This document shows positions 25,011-37,500 of a stretch of 64,000 nt of DNA, one piece after another. Numbering within the stretch: the stretch's first letter is position 1; every line of letters begins with the position of its first letter. The notes under the pieces are model-generated. The model was not told the DNA's origin. It ran no database searches and was given only the letters and a program-made list of their open reading frames with translations. Both the position numbers and the translations under genes were made by a program. Source of the stretch: Chara braunii (lineage: Eukaryota > Plantae > Charophyceae); the NCBI GenBank assembly GCA_003427395.1, contig BFEA01000022.1, positions 2,161,876 to 2,225,875 on the forward strand, written 5' to 3'.

Positions 25011-25367
25011 ATGAAATGGACTAAGTAACGCGCGTGTAAAATTAATTGAGCTTGAGTGCAAGAAAGGTCGAATGAGGGAGACATACATAAGAAAAATGTA
25101 GGATTAGCCGGACAGAATGACCTAGAAGAAATACGTGTGGGTTTGACTGAGCTTGAGATTGAGGAAAGAATGATGGGAGGCGTGGATTGCACGGGCCGAA
25201 AAGTCGAGTAGAAGAAGCACTGAGGGCAACCGGGGCCAGAAAAAGGGACTTGGTTGACATGGGATGAATGGAGGAATAGCAAAAGGGCGTTTGGAATGGC
25301 AAGACCCGGGGGAAAAAGCGGGGCCGGCAAGAAGAGGGAAGTCAAGAAAAGGCGCGATGTACTTCGG

Positions 25368-25620
25368 GTGATGAATGAGAAGAGGGAAGTTGAGAAAAAT
25401 TTTTGATGTTCTAAGAGTGGTGAATGAGACGAAAGGGGTTTTGATGTTCTAAGAGTGATGAATGAGACGAAAGGGGTTTTGATGTTCTAAGAGTGATGAA
25501 TGAGACGAAAGGGGTTTTGATGTCCTAAGAGTGATGAATGAGACGAAAGGGGTTTTGTGTTCTAAGAGTGATGAATGAGATGAAAGGGGCCTGATGTTCT
25601 TAAAGTGATGAATGAGACAT
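25368..25620 (+). repeat. ~38-bp tandem repeat x~7
   Basis: GATGTTCTAAGAGTGATGAATGAGACGAAAGGGGTTTT units. Confidence 0.9.
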
Positions 25621-25822
25621 GAGAGACCTGAAAGACAAAGAAAGCTTGACCCTACACACCTCTCCCCGCTCCAAGGCCGGAAACTAGAAGAAACCTGAGA
25701 AAGAAACAAGAAAAGACAAAATGGACCCTAGCAAACAAACTACCTATGACATATCATCCTCCTTTCTCGTTTATCCCTCTAAAACCCACTGAGAAGAGAT
25801 TGGTGCGTGATGAGGACATCGC

Positions 25823-25839
25823 GAATGAGTGGGGGGGAA
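25823..25839 (+). other. Polypurine tract of element A
   Basis: GAATGAGTGGGGGGGAA lies 2 nt before the TG start of the 3' LTR. Confidence 0.8.
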
Positions 25840-25841
25840 TG

Positions 25842-28800
25842 TGTCAGGACTGGTGGGTCCCGAATAACTTCCCATCATTCGAGAGACTTAATACAAACAA
25901 ATTGTGCACTACAGAGAAATCTGGAGTAGGGAGGAAAGAGAGAGAAAAGACAAAGGATCAAGTCGCAGGAGGGAGTGATGCCCTGGAGTGAGAACCACAG
26001 GAGGAGAGACTCAGCGACGACACGCGAGTAAGCGCAAGAACAAGGGCACATGGAACATAGCATAAGGCCGGGAGGGCCATTAGAATTCAACAAGACTAAG
26101 GCCAAAGGGTTCTCGAACCAATAAACGCGGCACGACAGCGACAAAAGAATGAGGAAGTCGAGAGACGAACGGCCCCAGAGGCCGTGGGAAGCTTGAGAAT
26201 AAGGGTCCAACATGGGGGCCACCTACGACACCTACGGGAACCTTGAGTTGAAGGTCCGCGACCGAAGGGACCTGCGCGTGTGAGACACAAGAAAGACAAG
26301 GGAGAGGGGTCGCCATGGGGTGGAAAATGCCCAAGGAACATGGGACACCTTGGGGAAAGGCACCCGGGGCCATGCGAGACGAAGTAAAAATAATAGCATT
26401 CGGGACAAAATGCGTTGGGGACCACCGGCGGGATTAAGTGTCGGGGACCACCGGCGGGACTAAGTGTCGGGGACCGCCGGCGGGACTAAGTGTCGGGGAC
26501 CATCGACGGAAAATTGGCGGGGACATATGAAGGTCTCAAGAGGAAACGGTGGCACCACATGTGGAGAAAATAATTAAGACAAGGTGCACCGTCAAGATTA
26601 AGATTTTGACGGCCGAAAATATTAGCACCGCTAGTGCAAGCACTAACGGTAGCAAGCGGGAAGGCCAAAAGGAAAAGAAAAAACAAAGAAACATGGAGTG
26701 GGAGGCATGGGAGCAATCCAAAAAATCTCGGATCAGCCTCCCTCAAGAAAATGGAGTCAAAAGAGACCCTATGCGAAAAATGGGTCTCCGGGAGAAAATC
26801 GGAGTAAGAGGACCCTCTATGGGAGAGAGATAGAGGTAAGAGGAAGCTCACATGGGCATGAGAAGACCATTATTGCAGTCCAAGATATAACGGACTGCAC
26901 CTTGGGCATAGGAAGGGCCAAAACTGAGAGGAAGGGGATAGAAAAGGGCCTTAACGGTTACTTGACACTTGACATGCTAGGAAAAAGAAAGAAAAGAAAA
27001 GAAAATGTGGGAGAATGAGACAAAAAGAGTGAGAGGGAGTGAGTGAGTTGGCCGTCGGTAGGGACTGCCACAAGCAGGGACTGACAGGTCCCTACTGTCC
27101 AAGAAAGGAGAAAAAAAAGAAAAGAAAAGAAAAGAGAAAAGAAAAGAAAAGAAAAAAATGTCTTAACTGTAAAAAACGGTCACTTAGGGAGATACATTCG
27201 TGACCAGATTCATTCTGGAATATGGCGGTTGCAATGGACTTGGATTTTCCCTGATTTTTGCAGAGAAAATCAAAGAAAATCAAGACCCCATGCAACCGAA
27301 ATAAAACGGATTACATAGGGAAGTAAAAACACATGTTTAAGATGCATCCGGAGCCAAAATTGAGTCCGGATGCACTTGGGAGTTGGTCGTTTTCTTTTCT
27401 TTCAAGTAAGGGCAAGTTATGGGGCATTGGGGCTAGGAAATCGACCTCTATTGCAGTCCGAGTTGCAATGGACTGCATGGGGAAGGGAAAACACATGTTT
27501 TAGGTGCATCCGGAGCCAATATTGAGTCCGGATACACTTACAAATCAAAACCGTGTGTTGCAGAGGACGCATGGGCTAAGGAAAAATGAGCTACGGCAAA
27601 CCCAAAAAGTCTAGAAAGAAGTGATTTCAGCATAGGGTAAGTGAAGACAATAAACGTTGACCGTGAGATGAGATCTCACGGCCTAGAAAAATCGGCGCAC
27701 GTGTAGCACCTAAGGGAGAGATGTTGGGGCCACCAAGAGCAAGGGGATCAAAAAATAAAAATGGGACACCATCCGGGATGTTGCCGAGGACCAACTGAGC
27801 CAAAATAATAAAAGTCAAAAAATGGGACACGCGCCGGCGGGACTGCCAGCGGGACAAGACAATGAAACTAGTACGGAGGAAAGTGGCAGAAACATGAGAT
27901 GTCACAAGGGAACCATATGCCAACACCGCCGGCGGGACAAGAAAATGGAACTGGTATGGAGGAAAGTGGCGGAAACTTGAGATATCCCAAGGGAACCATG
28001 GGCCAACACAAGAAATAATTGCGCAAGCGAACGACACCATCGAGATCGAGAATCTAGACGGTGGAAAATATCAGCATCACTAGTGGGAGCAAATGAGACA
28101 GTCATGAGATAAAAGAGAATGAAATAATGGTGTTGGGAGGGTTGCCCGGCAGTCCGAGATATCTCGGGCTAACTAGGCATAAGAAAATAGAGTCTCAAGA
28201 GGTTCAACATGAGAAAAAGGCTGCCTTTAAAAAATCGGAGCAAAGGGGGCTTAAAATTTGACAAACGGAGACAAAATGGATCCCCCTAGGAGCATGGGGG
28301 TGTCATGGTTGAAATCCCAGATAAAAAGGTCAAGTACCAGCCATAAATCTGGCCATGAATGAGGCCCCAAGGCCTAGAATGAGGGTGCACAGCAGTTTGA
28401 TGTTTGTCACAACTGAAATAAAAGAAAAAGAAGAAAAAATGGGAGAAAATTGAGGGAGAATGAGATAAAAAGGAAGAAAAGAGTGGAGGAGAATATGTCG
28501 GCCTATTGGGACCTGCACAGTAGGGACTGGCAGGTCCCAACTGTGACCTCATCCCTCCTAGAATGGGGGAGGGCAATCCGGATTGCACTCCACAATATCT
28601 GAATTAAAAAGAAAAAAATGAGAGAAAATGCAAAAGAAAAATTGTCGGTTTTTTTTTGGACAATAGATCTGAGATCATATCTCACGGTGGAGAGGAACTA
28701 GCCATTTTTTTTTGGCCAGCTCAAAACGGCTAACTCCGGAAACTGTGCATTTTGCCCAAAAAGAGAGCCAGATGCACCAAAATTTGAAAAATTGGACTTA

Positions 28801-31800
28801 GGGGTTCAAATTTGAAGCAAGGGCTACTTGGGGGTAGCACGGAATATTGTTGACCTTGGATCTCAACCAGATCCAAGGCTGAAAATGCACCGCTGCATGG
28901 AAAAATATCTCGGTCGACCCAAAATTGTGTAAAAACTGAAAAAATCGAGAAAAAGTGTCACTAGGCTTTTTTGTCTCAAGTATAGCCCCTTGGGCATTAA
29001 GACCCAAGGGGGCAGCATTTTTGAAGTGAAAAGGAGGCCGAAGGAGGCCAAGAGGCAAACCGAGTTGGTACCAACCACTCGGACTGCATGTACTTGGCCA
29101 AAATGAGGCCCGGGTACCTCCGGAAGGGTCAATTGAGGGATTTTGCCTTGGGGGTACCTCGGTTCACCTCAAGGCACATGGGGAGGCCCATGGGCTGGCC
29201 GGACTGCTGGTTTCAGCCTACATAAGCTGGGAGTTCAGTCCGCTACATTCACAATTGCATGAGGAGTGCTCATGCTGCCCAAGTGAGTTCACAGAAGCAC
29301 TCTTTCACTTGGAGAGAGGAGAGGGGAACCCATGCCAGTGTGAGAGCTTAGAGGAGACTATGAGCTAAGAAGAAGAGCTCTAGAGGCTACTGGTAGTGAG
29401 GGTGGCACTGGGGAGGTGATCCGCCCTAGCCCCAAGGGTGTGAGGAGGAGGGAGAGGCTAGAGGGAGTCTCATTAGCCCTCCTGGAGGGAAGGACTCCAT
29501 GGCCATGGTGATAGGAGCTTGTGGCAACTTGGGAGAGGATAGGAGAGGAAGTGAGAGGCTTGAAAAAGAAGGGAGCCATAGCCAAGCAAGTGTTTGAGCA
29601 AGAAGGAAGAAGCCTCCTCAAGATTGAGACCCCATCTCCAAGGCACCAACAAGGTGAGTGAAAGGAAGAAGAGTTCTTTTCTCCTTTTTTTTTTTTTTTT
29701 TTTTTTTTTTTTCNNNNNNNNNNNNNNNNNNNNNNNNNNNNNNNNNNNNNNNNNNNNNNNNNNNNNNNNNNNNNNNNNNNNNNNNNNNNNNNNNNNNNNN
29801 NNNNNNNNNNNNNNNNNNNNNNNNNNNNNNNNNNNNNNNNNNNNNNNNNNNNNNNNNNNNNNNNNNNNNNNNNNNNNTCTTTTTCTCCTTCTTCTTCCTC
29901 CTCTTCTTCATTTTTCTTCCTCTTCTTCTCCTTCTTCATCTTCTTTATCTTCTTCTTCTTCTTCTCTTTCTTCTCTTATCTTCCTTCTTCTTCTTCTTCT
30001 TCCTATCTCCTTCCCTTTCATGTTCTTCATCTCCTCCTTCTTCTCCCTCTTCTTCTTCTCTTTGATCTACTCTACATCTTGCTTTTCACTCCCATGCTAG
30101 TAGGAGTTGCTCCGATTCTTTTATGGATGATTTTTTGCTCAATACTTGTGATTTAGTCTAGTGTAACTCTTGTTTTTCACTCACATGCTAGTAAGAGATG
30201 CTCCGATTCTTCCATGGATGACTCTTGCTCAAATCTTGTGATTTCGTCCAAGTGTAGATCAAGCTTTTCACTCATATGCTAGTAGGAGATGCTCTGATTC
30301 TTCTATGGATGATCTTTTGCTCAATACTTGTGATTTAGTCTAGTGTAACTCTTCCTCTTTACTCACATGCTAGTAAGAGATGCTCCGATTCTTCCATGGA
30401 TGGTCTCTTACTCAGAACTTGTGATTTGGACTTCGTGTAGATCTTGCTTTTCACGCATATGCTAGTAGGAGATGCTNCGATTCTTCTATGGATGATCTCA
30501 TGCTCAATACTTGTGATTTTGTCTAGTGTAACTCTTGCTTTTCACTCACATACTAGAAGGAGATGCTCTAATTCTTCTTTGGTCTAGTGTAGATCTTGCT
30601 TTTCACTCATATGCTAGTAGGAGATGCTCTGATTCTTCTATGGATGATCTCTTGCTCAATACTTGTGATTTAATCTAGTGTAGATTTTGTTTTTCACTCA
30701 CATGCTAATAGGAGATGCTCCGATTCTTTCATGGATGATCTCTTGCTCAAATCTTATGATTTGGTTTAAGTGTAGATCTTGTTTTTCACTCGTATGCAAG
30801 TAGGAGATGCTCTGATTCTTCTATGGATGATCTCATGCTCATACTTATGATTTGGTCTACTTCAGTTTTGCTCTTCACTCTCATGCTAGTAGGAGATGCT
30901 CCGATTCTTCTACGGATGATCCCATGCTCAAAACTTGTGATTTGGTATACTTCAAGTCTTGTTTTTCACTCATACACTAGTAGGAGATGCTCTGATTCTT
31001 CTATGGATGATCTCATGCTCAATACTTGTGATTTTGTCTACTTCAAGTCTTGCTCTTCACTCTCATGCTAGTAGGAGATACTCTGATTCTTCCATGGATG
31101 ATTTCATGCTCAATACTTGTGATTTGGTCTACTTCAAGTCTTGCTTTTCACTCACACACTATTAGGAGATGCTCTGATTCTTCTATGGATGATCCCATGC
31201 CCAATACTTGTGATTTGATCTATTTCAAGTCTTGGTCTTCACTCTCACGCTAGTAGGAGATGCTCCGATTCTTTCAGGGATGATCTCATGCTCAATACTT
31301 GTAATTTGGTTAACTTCAAGTCTTGCTCTCCACTCTCATGCTAGTAGGAGATGCTCCGATTCTTCCAAGGATGATCTCATGCTCAAATCTTGTGATATAG
31401 CCTAGTATAACTCTTGCTTTTCACTCACATGCTAGAAGGTGATGTTCCGATTCTTTCATGGATGACCCTTTGCTCAAATCTTGTGAAATAGCCTAGTGTA
31501 ACTTTTGCTTTTCACTCACAAGCTAGTAGGTGATGCTTCGATTCTTCCATGGATGATCTATTGCTCAATACTTGTGATTTGGCCTAGTATAGATCTTGCT
31601 TTTCACTCACATGCTAGTAGGTGATGCTCAGATTCTTTCATGGATGATCTCATGCTCAATAGTTGTGATTTGGCCTAGTGTAGATCTTGCTTTTTCACTC
31701 ACATGCTAATAGGTGATGCTCCGATTTTTTCATGGATGATCTCATGCTCAATACTTGTGATTTGGCCTAATGTAAATCTTGCTTTTCACTCACATGCTGG

Positions 31801-33155
31801 TAGGAAATGCTCTGATTCTTCCATGGATGATCTCTTGCTCAAATCTTGTAATATAGTCTAGTGCTTTTCACTCACATGCTAGTAGGGGATGCTCCGATTT
31901 TTTCATGGATGCTCTCATGCTCAATACTTGTGATTTGGTCTAGTATAGATCTTGCTTTTCACTCACATGTTAGTAGGAGATGCTCCGATTCTTCCATGAA
32001 TGATTTCGTGCTCAAGAATTGTGTTTTGGAACTAGTCTAGCTTGTGTTTTTCACTCACATAGTACATGATGACATTCCATTTCAAACTTGGTTGCATTCA
32101 TGAGCTCTGATCATGTGTTTGAGCAAGTCTCACTCACATGCATGGCTCGACTCTCACAATATGACATCCCGTTTCAAACTTGGTTGCATTCGTGAGCCAT
32201 GAGCATGTGTTTGAGCAAGTCTCACTCATATACATGGCTCAACTCTCACATGATGACATTCCTGTTCAAACTTGGTTGCATTCGTGAGCCATGAGCATGT
32301 GTTTGAGCAAGTCTCGCTCACATATATGGCTTAACTCTTACATGACGATATTCCGTTTCATGCTTGGCTGAACTCATGAGCCATAAATATGTGTTTGAGA
32401 AAGTCTCACTCACATGCATGGCTCTACTCTCACATTGATGACATACCGGTTCACACTTGGTTGAGTTTTTCCTCATGTGCATTTATGTTCACTAGTTCAC
32501 ACCTCTCCTTGTCAAGTTCATGTGTGTTCTAGTATTCTGGTTCATACTTATTTGATCCTTCCTTCATGTGCATGTGACTCTCACTAGTTCAATCTTCTCA
32601 TTGTTAAGTTCGTGAGTGTTGCAGTGTTCCGGTTTGTACTTAGTTGATCTCTCCTCCGTGTGCATGTGTTTTTCATTGGTTCAATCTTCTCATTGTCAAG
32701 TTCGTGAGTGTTGTAGTGTTCCGGTTTATACTTAATTGATTTCTCCTTCATGTGCATGTCCCTCTCACTAGTTCAATCTTCACATTGTCTAGTTCGTGAG
32801 TGTTGCAGTGTTCCGGTTCATGCTTAGTTGATCTTTCCTCTATGTGCATGTGCTCTTCATTGGTTCAATCTTCTCATTGTCAAGTTCGTGAGTGTTGTAG
32901 TGTTCCGATTCATGCTTAATTGATCTTTCCTCCATGTGCATGTGCTTTCCGTTGGTTCAATCCTCTCGTTGTCAAGTTCGTAAGTATTGTAGTGTTCCGG
33001 TTCATACTTAGTTGATCTTTTCTTCGTATGCATATGTTTTTCGTTTGTTCAATCTCCACATTGTCAAGTTCGTGAGTGTTGTAGTGTTTCGGTTCATGCT
33101 TAGTTGATCTTTCCTCCATGTGCATGCGCTCTTCATTGGTTCCATCTTCTCATTG
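25842..33155 (+). repeat. 3' LTR of element A, truncated within satellite III
   Basis: Colinear with 5768-12949. Arrays: I ~30075-32050, II ~32050-32480, III ~32480-33155. Confidence 0.85.
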
Positions 33156-33589
33156 CCTTAGGGGCCGGCCCTGTTATCGACTCAGAGTGGACCGCTTTCT
33201 GGGGCGGGTACCATGTTGTTGCGATGGAGCCAGCACGACTTCTGAGTTCCGGGGTTCACTCGAGCGAGGACGAGGGGTATTCTAGACGACCTCCTAGGGG
33301 AATGAATAAAAGCATCTTCACGGAAGGACTTTAAGTTTTTGGTGCCTTGCGTAAAGAGGAATTGCCTTAGCACTCCCTTGGTGACCATTCTAGGAGCCAC
33401 TGACGTATGGGGAACTGGAGCCACAAGCAGCTCAGTTCGTGTCCTACTAGCCAAACGGAGTGTATTTAGATACTCCCAATGTGACCGGTCGTGCCATAAG
33501 AAGCACAGGCCAGAAGAAAGACAAATGTTTTAATAATAATCAGTAGACAAAAATTTTAACTTCATCACCTTTGTCCTTCCTTCTTTCAG

Positions 33590-34102
33590 ATGGCTGCGGG
33601 GACGACGGTCTGTTACCTTTTCCGCAATCGTGATGCAGCGACGGAACGGGTCGCGTCTCAAAGAATTAACGGAGAAAGATTAGAGAGAATAGGACGGCTC
33701 GTCTACAACCCTTATGAATTATACTCAGAGGAAGATGTTTTGCGGTTCTGGGATGGCAGTGCGCGAAATCCTCCTAGGCGACTTCTTTTCAGGTCAAGAA
33801 CCGGTCTGGAAATTCTTCACTACGAGTTCTCGCCACCATTGCCCGATCACGATTTCGCCAACATGAACTTAGTAGTGATGCAACCGTATGAGATAAACCC
33901 GCGAATGGATGAGATACATGAGATAAGGTAAACGTTCGTCCGCTCCGTAATTTGGTTGAATGAACGGCAGGGTCCTTTCTTTGGCATATATCATACAAGA
34001 CGGGTGCGGGCAAACAGGTTCATTGTTCTACGAGTTGAATTTTTCTCTGAGTATGCTTGGCAGAACGAGGAGGACGAACTCATGGAACGTTTACGCGACT
34101 AA
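33590..34102 (+). pseudogene. LTR cargo ORF-a (~170 codons, one internal TAA), unknown function
   Basis: MAAGTTVCYLFRNRD...; the frame stays open past TAA 33929-33931 (TFVRSVIWLNERQGPFFGIY...ERLRD*). Preceded by TTTAAC-polypyrimidine-CAG|ATG. Confidence 0.65.
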
Positions 34103-34125
34103 CGCAGTTTTGTTCTAACACGCAG

Positions 34126-34674
34126 ATGCCTAGAGCACGGCGAGACTTGACGACCCCGATGTACCTGCTTGTTCACGACACACACGAGGATGACCTTATT
34201 AAAGGAGCAGAGCAACTTTTGCGAGTTTGAGACGGTTCTCCTACTGAGTGGATCGGCTTCATCAGATTATTATACGGCGAGGGTTTTTTTCCCAATACTC
34301 GCGCGGATTTTCGGGCAAATACAGCCCGGACTCAGGATGAGTTTTTTGGATATACTTTGTATTTCCACCATGCGATCAATCTCCAATGTCTCTCCCGAGT
34401 CATTGTGAGTATTAAGATTATCTCGTCCGTCCGGCGTTTCGGTGTCGTCCGGATCCGGGATACAGAGGGCCAACACTTGTTTGGACTTAGTCGGCCTTTT
34501 CGGGTCATAGTGTGGAGACTAGCCTTACGGATGACCTCCCTCTATGGTACTCAAATCGTTAGAGTCATGCGAGGTGGGCAAGTGACAACCCTGGTATTCG
34601 ACGACAACGAGTGTGCGCGTTTGGATTTGCTGGAGGTAAAGGTGCACGGAGGACGACAGATTTACCAAGGTTAG
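34126..34674 (+). pseudogene. LTR cargo ORF-b (~182 codons, one internal TGA), unknown function
   Basis: MPRARRDLTTPMYLLVHD...V*DGSPTEWIGF... is in frame with ORF 34357-34674. Preceded by TTCTAACACGCAG|ATG. Confidence 0.65.
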
Positions 34675-35901
34675 ACGCCGCTTTCTGGAAATCTTATTCG
34701 GATTTCAGGAAACCCATTGCATAGATTAATCCCATCGAGGAAGCCATATAAATTTAAGGCTTCACGAGGTAATCTCAAAAACAAAAACAAAAACACTCCA
34801 TATAGTTAGAACCATCGGATGGATGGTATTCGGATTACCCCGATGATTTCACTATCATGCTTATGCATTGAGGGGTAATCGATCGCTTAAAAATAAGCTG
34901 AGTAAAGTGAAAAACGAACATCTGAAAAATATGCTAAGCGTAATAACGAGGATAAAGTAGTGGGAGACGGAACATTTTTGTGTGGAGTAACTTAGTGTTG
35001 GAGATGAATACTCCATCATTTTTGGAACAGAAAGAGTAATTATTGTTCAGGAGGACAAAGCGACCAGCAAAATTTCATTCGCACTTCCAAGTGGTTGTAT
35101 ATGGTGCGAAGCTGTGGTCGAACCAAGAGTTCAAACATCGACTAGGAACCTGACCACTTGTTGATCTGCATGGTAGCAGTGGTATTTACTTGCAAAAGTT
35201 ATTTATGACGAGCTTCAACAGTCATGATAGGAAGATCAGTCCTAGTTTGTTCTTCAATTAATAATCTTGGAATGACAATATAAACGTTCTGCAGTCATAC
35301 ACGTTGAAAAGAAGCACTTTGGCAGGTCAGCTCATCAAGTCAATGAATTAAATTTGCGTAATTTTTATTAAGCTATATGGATTCTTTTGTTTTGTTCGAT
35401 CGTTAGGGACTAGGATTGTATCTGAAAGCTTCACGCTTGGTTGAGATTGTCCTAGTCGACCGATGTATGCTTCGTACTCGGGAGATCGACGCCCCAGGAA
35501 ATGAACGGCGTTCGGGGTTACTCGGCGTTAACCAAACATTTTGTATACTGCAGCGAGACGAGCAAATGCCCTCGGCTGATCTACCTCTACGATTGCATTT
35601 AAAAACTTTCGCACGTGGGTCAGTAGCTCGGTAGGGATACGCCCCTAAGGGTGGAGACAGCCTCTTAGGGAAGCAAGCTTATGCCCCGCGAAAACCTATC
35701 CTGTCGTAGGAGACTGCAGGATGAATAGCTGGCGCACCCGGCTAGAGTGGTGAAGGAGCGATGCAACCACGTCCGTCTCGGCGACTCGCGAAATGTTATT
35801 CATCGTCCCTGAGTTGTCTCATGAAGTATGTTTTGTTGCTACTCCTGCGTGACATGGTCGGGAGGACCCTCGCACGCGCGAGGGCCGATGCGCTCAACGG
35901 G

Positions 35902-35919
35902 TGGCGTTGTTGCCGGGGA
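35902..35919 (+). other. Primer-binding site, tRNA-Asp type
   Basis: TGGCGTTGTTGCCGGGGA versus canonical TGGCGCCGTTGCCGGGGA (two C>T changes), 2 nt after the LTR end. Confidence 0.8.
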
Positions 35920-36105
35920 TAATGGCAAACTACCGTTGTCCCTAGCAGAACGACACTTGGGTGATTGATGGAGCGAAAAGTTGTTTTCTTTTTCTTGTTT
36001 AACCTCAGAAAAGTCAGTAATTTGATCCCAAAAGTATGAGATTTAATTTTACAGAAAGGTTGACTGATTTTTGTTGAATATGTTGTTGTGATTTTGTTAC
36101 TCAAG

Positions 36106-37500
36106 ATGTCTGATAACAACGACAATCAGGATGAGAGAAGAAATGATATTCGGGAAATCGCGAGGGTCATTCAGCATTCCCAGAAGGAGCAGATCCCGAA
36201 GGTTGACGTTCCTTTATTTGATAGTAACAACGTATCGGGATGGGCAAACAAGTTTGAACAGTTGGGGAGTTGCTGTGAATGGTCCAAAGAGAAGATGTTG
36301 CGAATGGTAAAAAGATACTACAAGGTCAAGTATAAGGAAGAGGTGGAGGAATTGGTATGAGGTTCGCGGGACTGGCCAGAGTTCAAAGGAAAGCTGCTAG
36401 AGAAGTATCAGTTGGGCGACCAACTGTTGGATTTAGCGGATTTAAGGAAGGTTAGTCGGCGGAACTTTGGTACGACAAAGCAGTTTCTTACTGAGTTCGA
36501 GCGGGTGGTGCGGTTAGTTCCTGACCTCCCAGACAAGGATCGTTGTCTTATCTTCCTGGACAATTTCACGGAAGTAGAACAGCGAAAGCTGGTGAAAGGG
36601 ATGCAAGGACGATATGACTGGCCGACGATTCGAGAGAACTTGCTGGCCGGAAATTTTGACCAGATCCTCTACCGACTGCTGAAACAGCAGAAGGAGGATC
36701 GGGAGAGGGTATACTTGGGAACGGATAAGGACAAGAAGGTCTACAAGACCTTATCAGACATGAAGGAGATGATGACCAACATGAAGGAGGAGCGACTAAA
36801 AATCCAAGTGATGATGGCCAAGGCAAAGACATGAAAGAGAAAAGGGAAGGAGCCAATTACTGAAGAACGTAGCAGTGAAAGTGACAGTGAGGAGGAAAAA
36901 GAACCCCCTGATCAAGGCTGAGAGGAAAGCTTTGAACCAGATACGAGGAGGGCAGGGTACTTCTCGTAAACGAGGGGAAAGTAGTAAGGATGAAGGAAAT
37001 GGAAACGGGGAGCGGCAAGTTGGTCAGGGGCAACAAAACCAAGGTCACCATGCTCAACCACAGGGTGGTCGAGGCCGTGGTAGAGGCCGCAAAAACGGTG
37101 GCGGACATGGGAACTGGCAGGACTATGTCTCCAAATATTGTGATATGAAGGAACACGTTATTCATTTCTGCCAGATCCTCGCCAAGGATGAGAAGGACCA
37201 GATCATTTTTACGACGATTCGGGGAGAAGTCTTTGATTTTGAAGGGAATCTTATCGATCAGACCATTGAAGGGGGGATGAGAAAAGAGGTTTTTCAACCG
37301 ATGGGCCGTTCTCTTCCGGCTACATTCCACTTAGCTTCTCCTGAAAAAGCAAGTCTTTTTGAATTGGAAGAGACAACGACTTCTTTGGAAATCAGTGACT
37401 GTGAGGAAAAAGAATTGGAGGAAAGGAAATCGGGCATGAGAAGTGACCAGAAAACTGGGCAAGTGTTGGGATTTCATTGTTTAGTTATGCATTGACATGG
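36106..37500 (+). pseudogene. gag: Gag of element B
   Basis: IPKVDVPLFDSNNVSGW gag-like N-terminus; RG-rich segment; degenerate zinc knuckle SKYCDMKEHVIHFC. Contains stops and frameshifts. Confidence 0.8.

Larger units (their letters stand above)
5768..33155 (+). mobile_element. Element A: non-autonomous Ty3/Gypsy LTR retrotransposon with giant LTRs, 3' end truncated
   Basis: Direct repeats begin TGTCGGGACTGGTGG (5768) and TGTCAGGACTGGTGG (25842). A PPT lies directly before the second copy, and an integrase remnant is on +. No gag, PR or RT was found, and no PBS was identified. Confidence 0.85.
33153..35899 (+). repeat. 3' portion of the 5' LTR of element B
   Basis: 33153-~33510 and ~34990-35899 match the reverse complement of 39132-40462. 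Ends GATGCGCTCAACG, versus GATGCGCTCGACA in C. Confidence 0.85.

Noticed and set aside
33154-33165. TGCCTTAGGGG as the true start of LTR B, with a PPT at 40463-40478 in C
   Set aside because: The TSD-bounded C and B's 3' LTR start at 50101 show that the LTR begins TGTYGGG. This site is internal.
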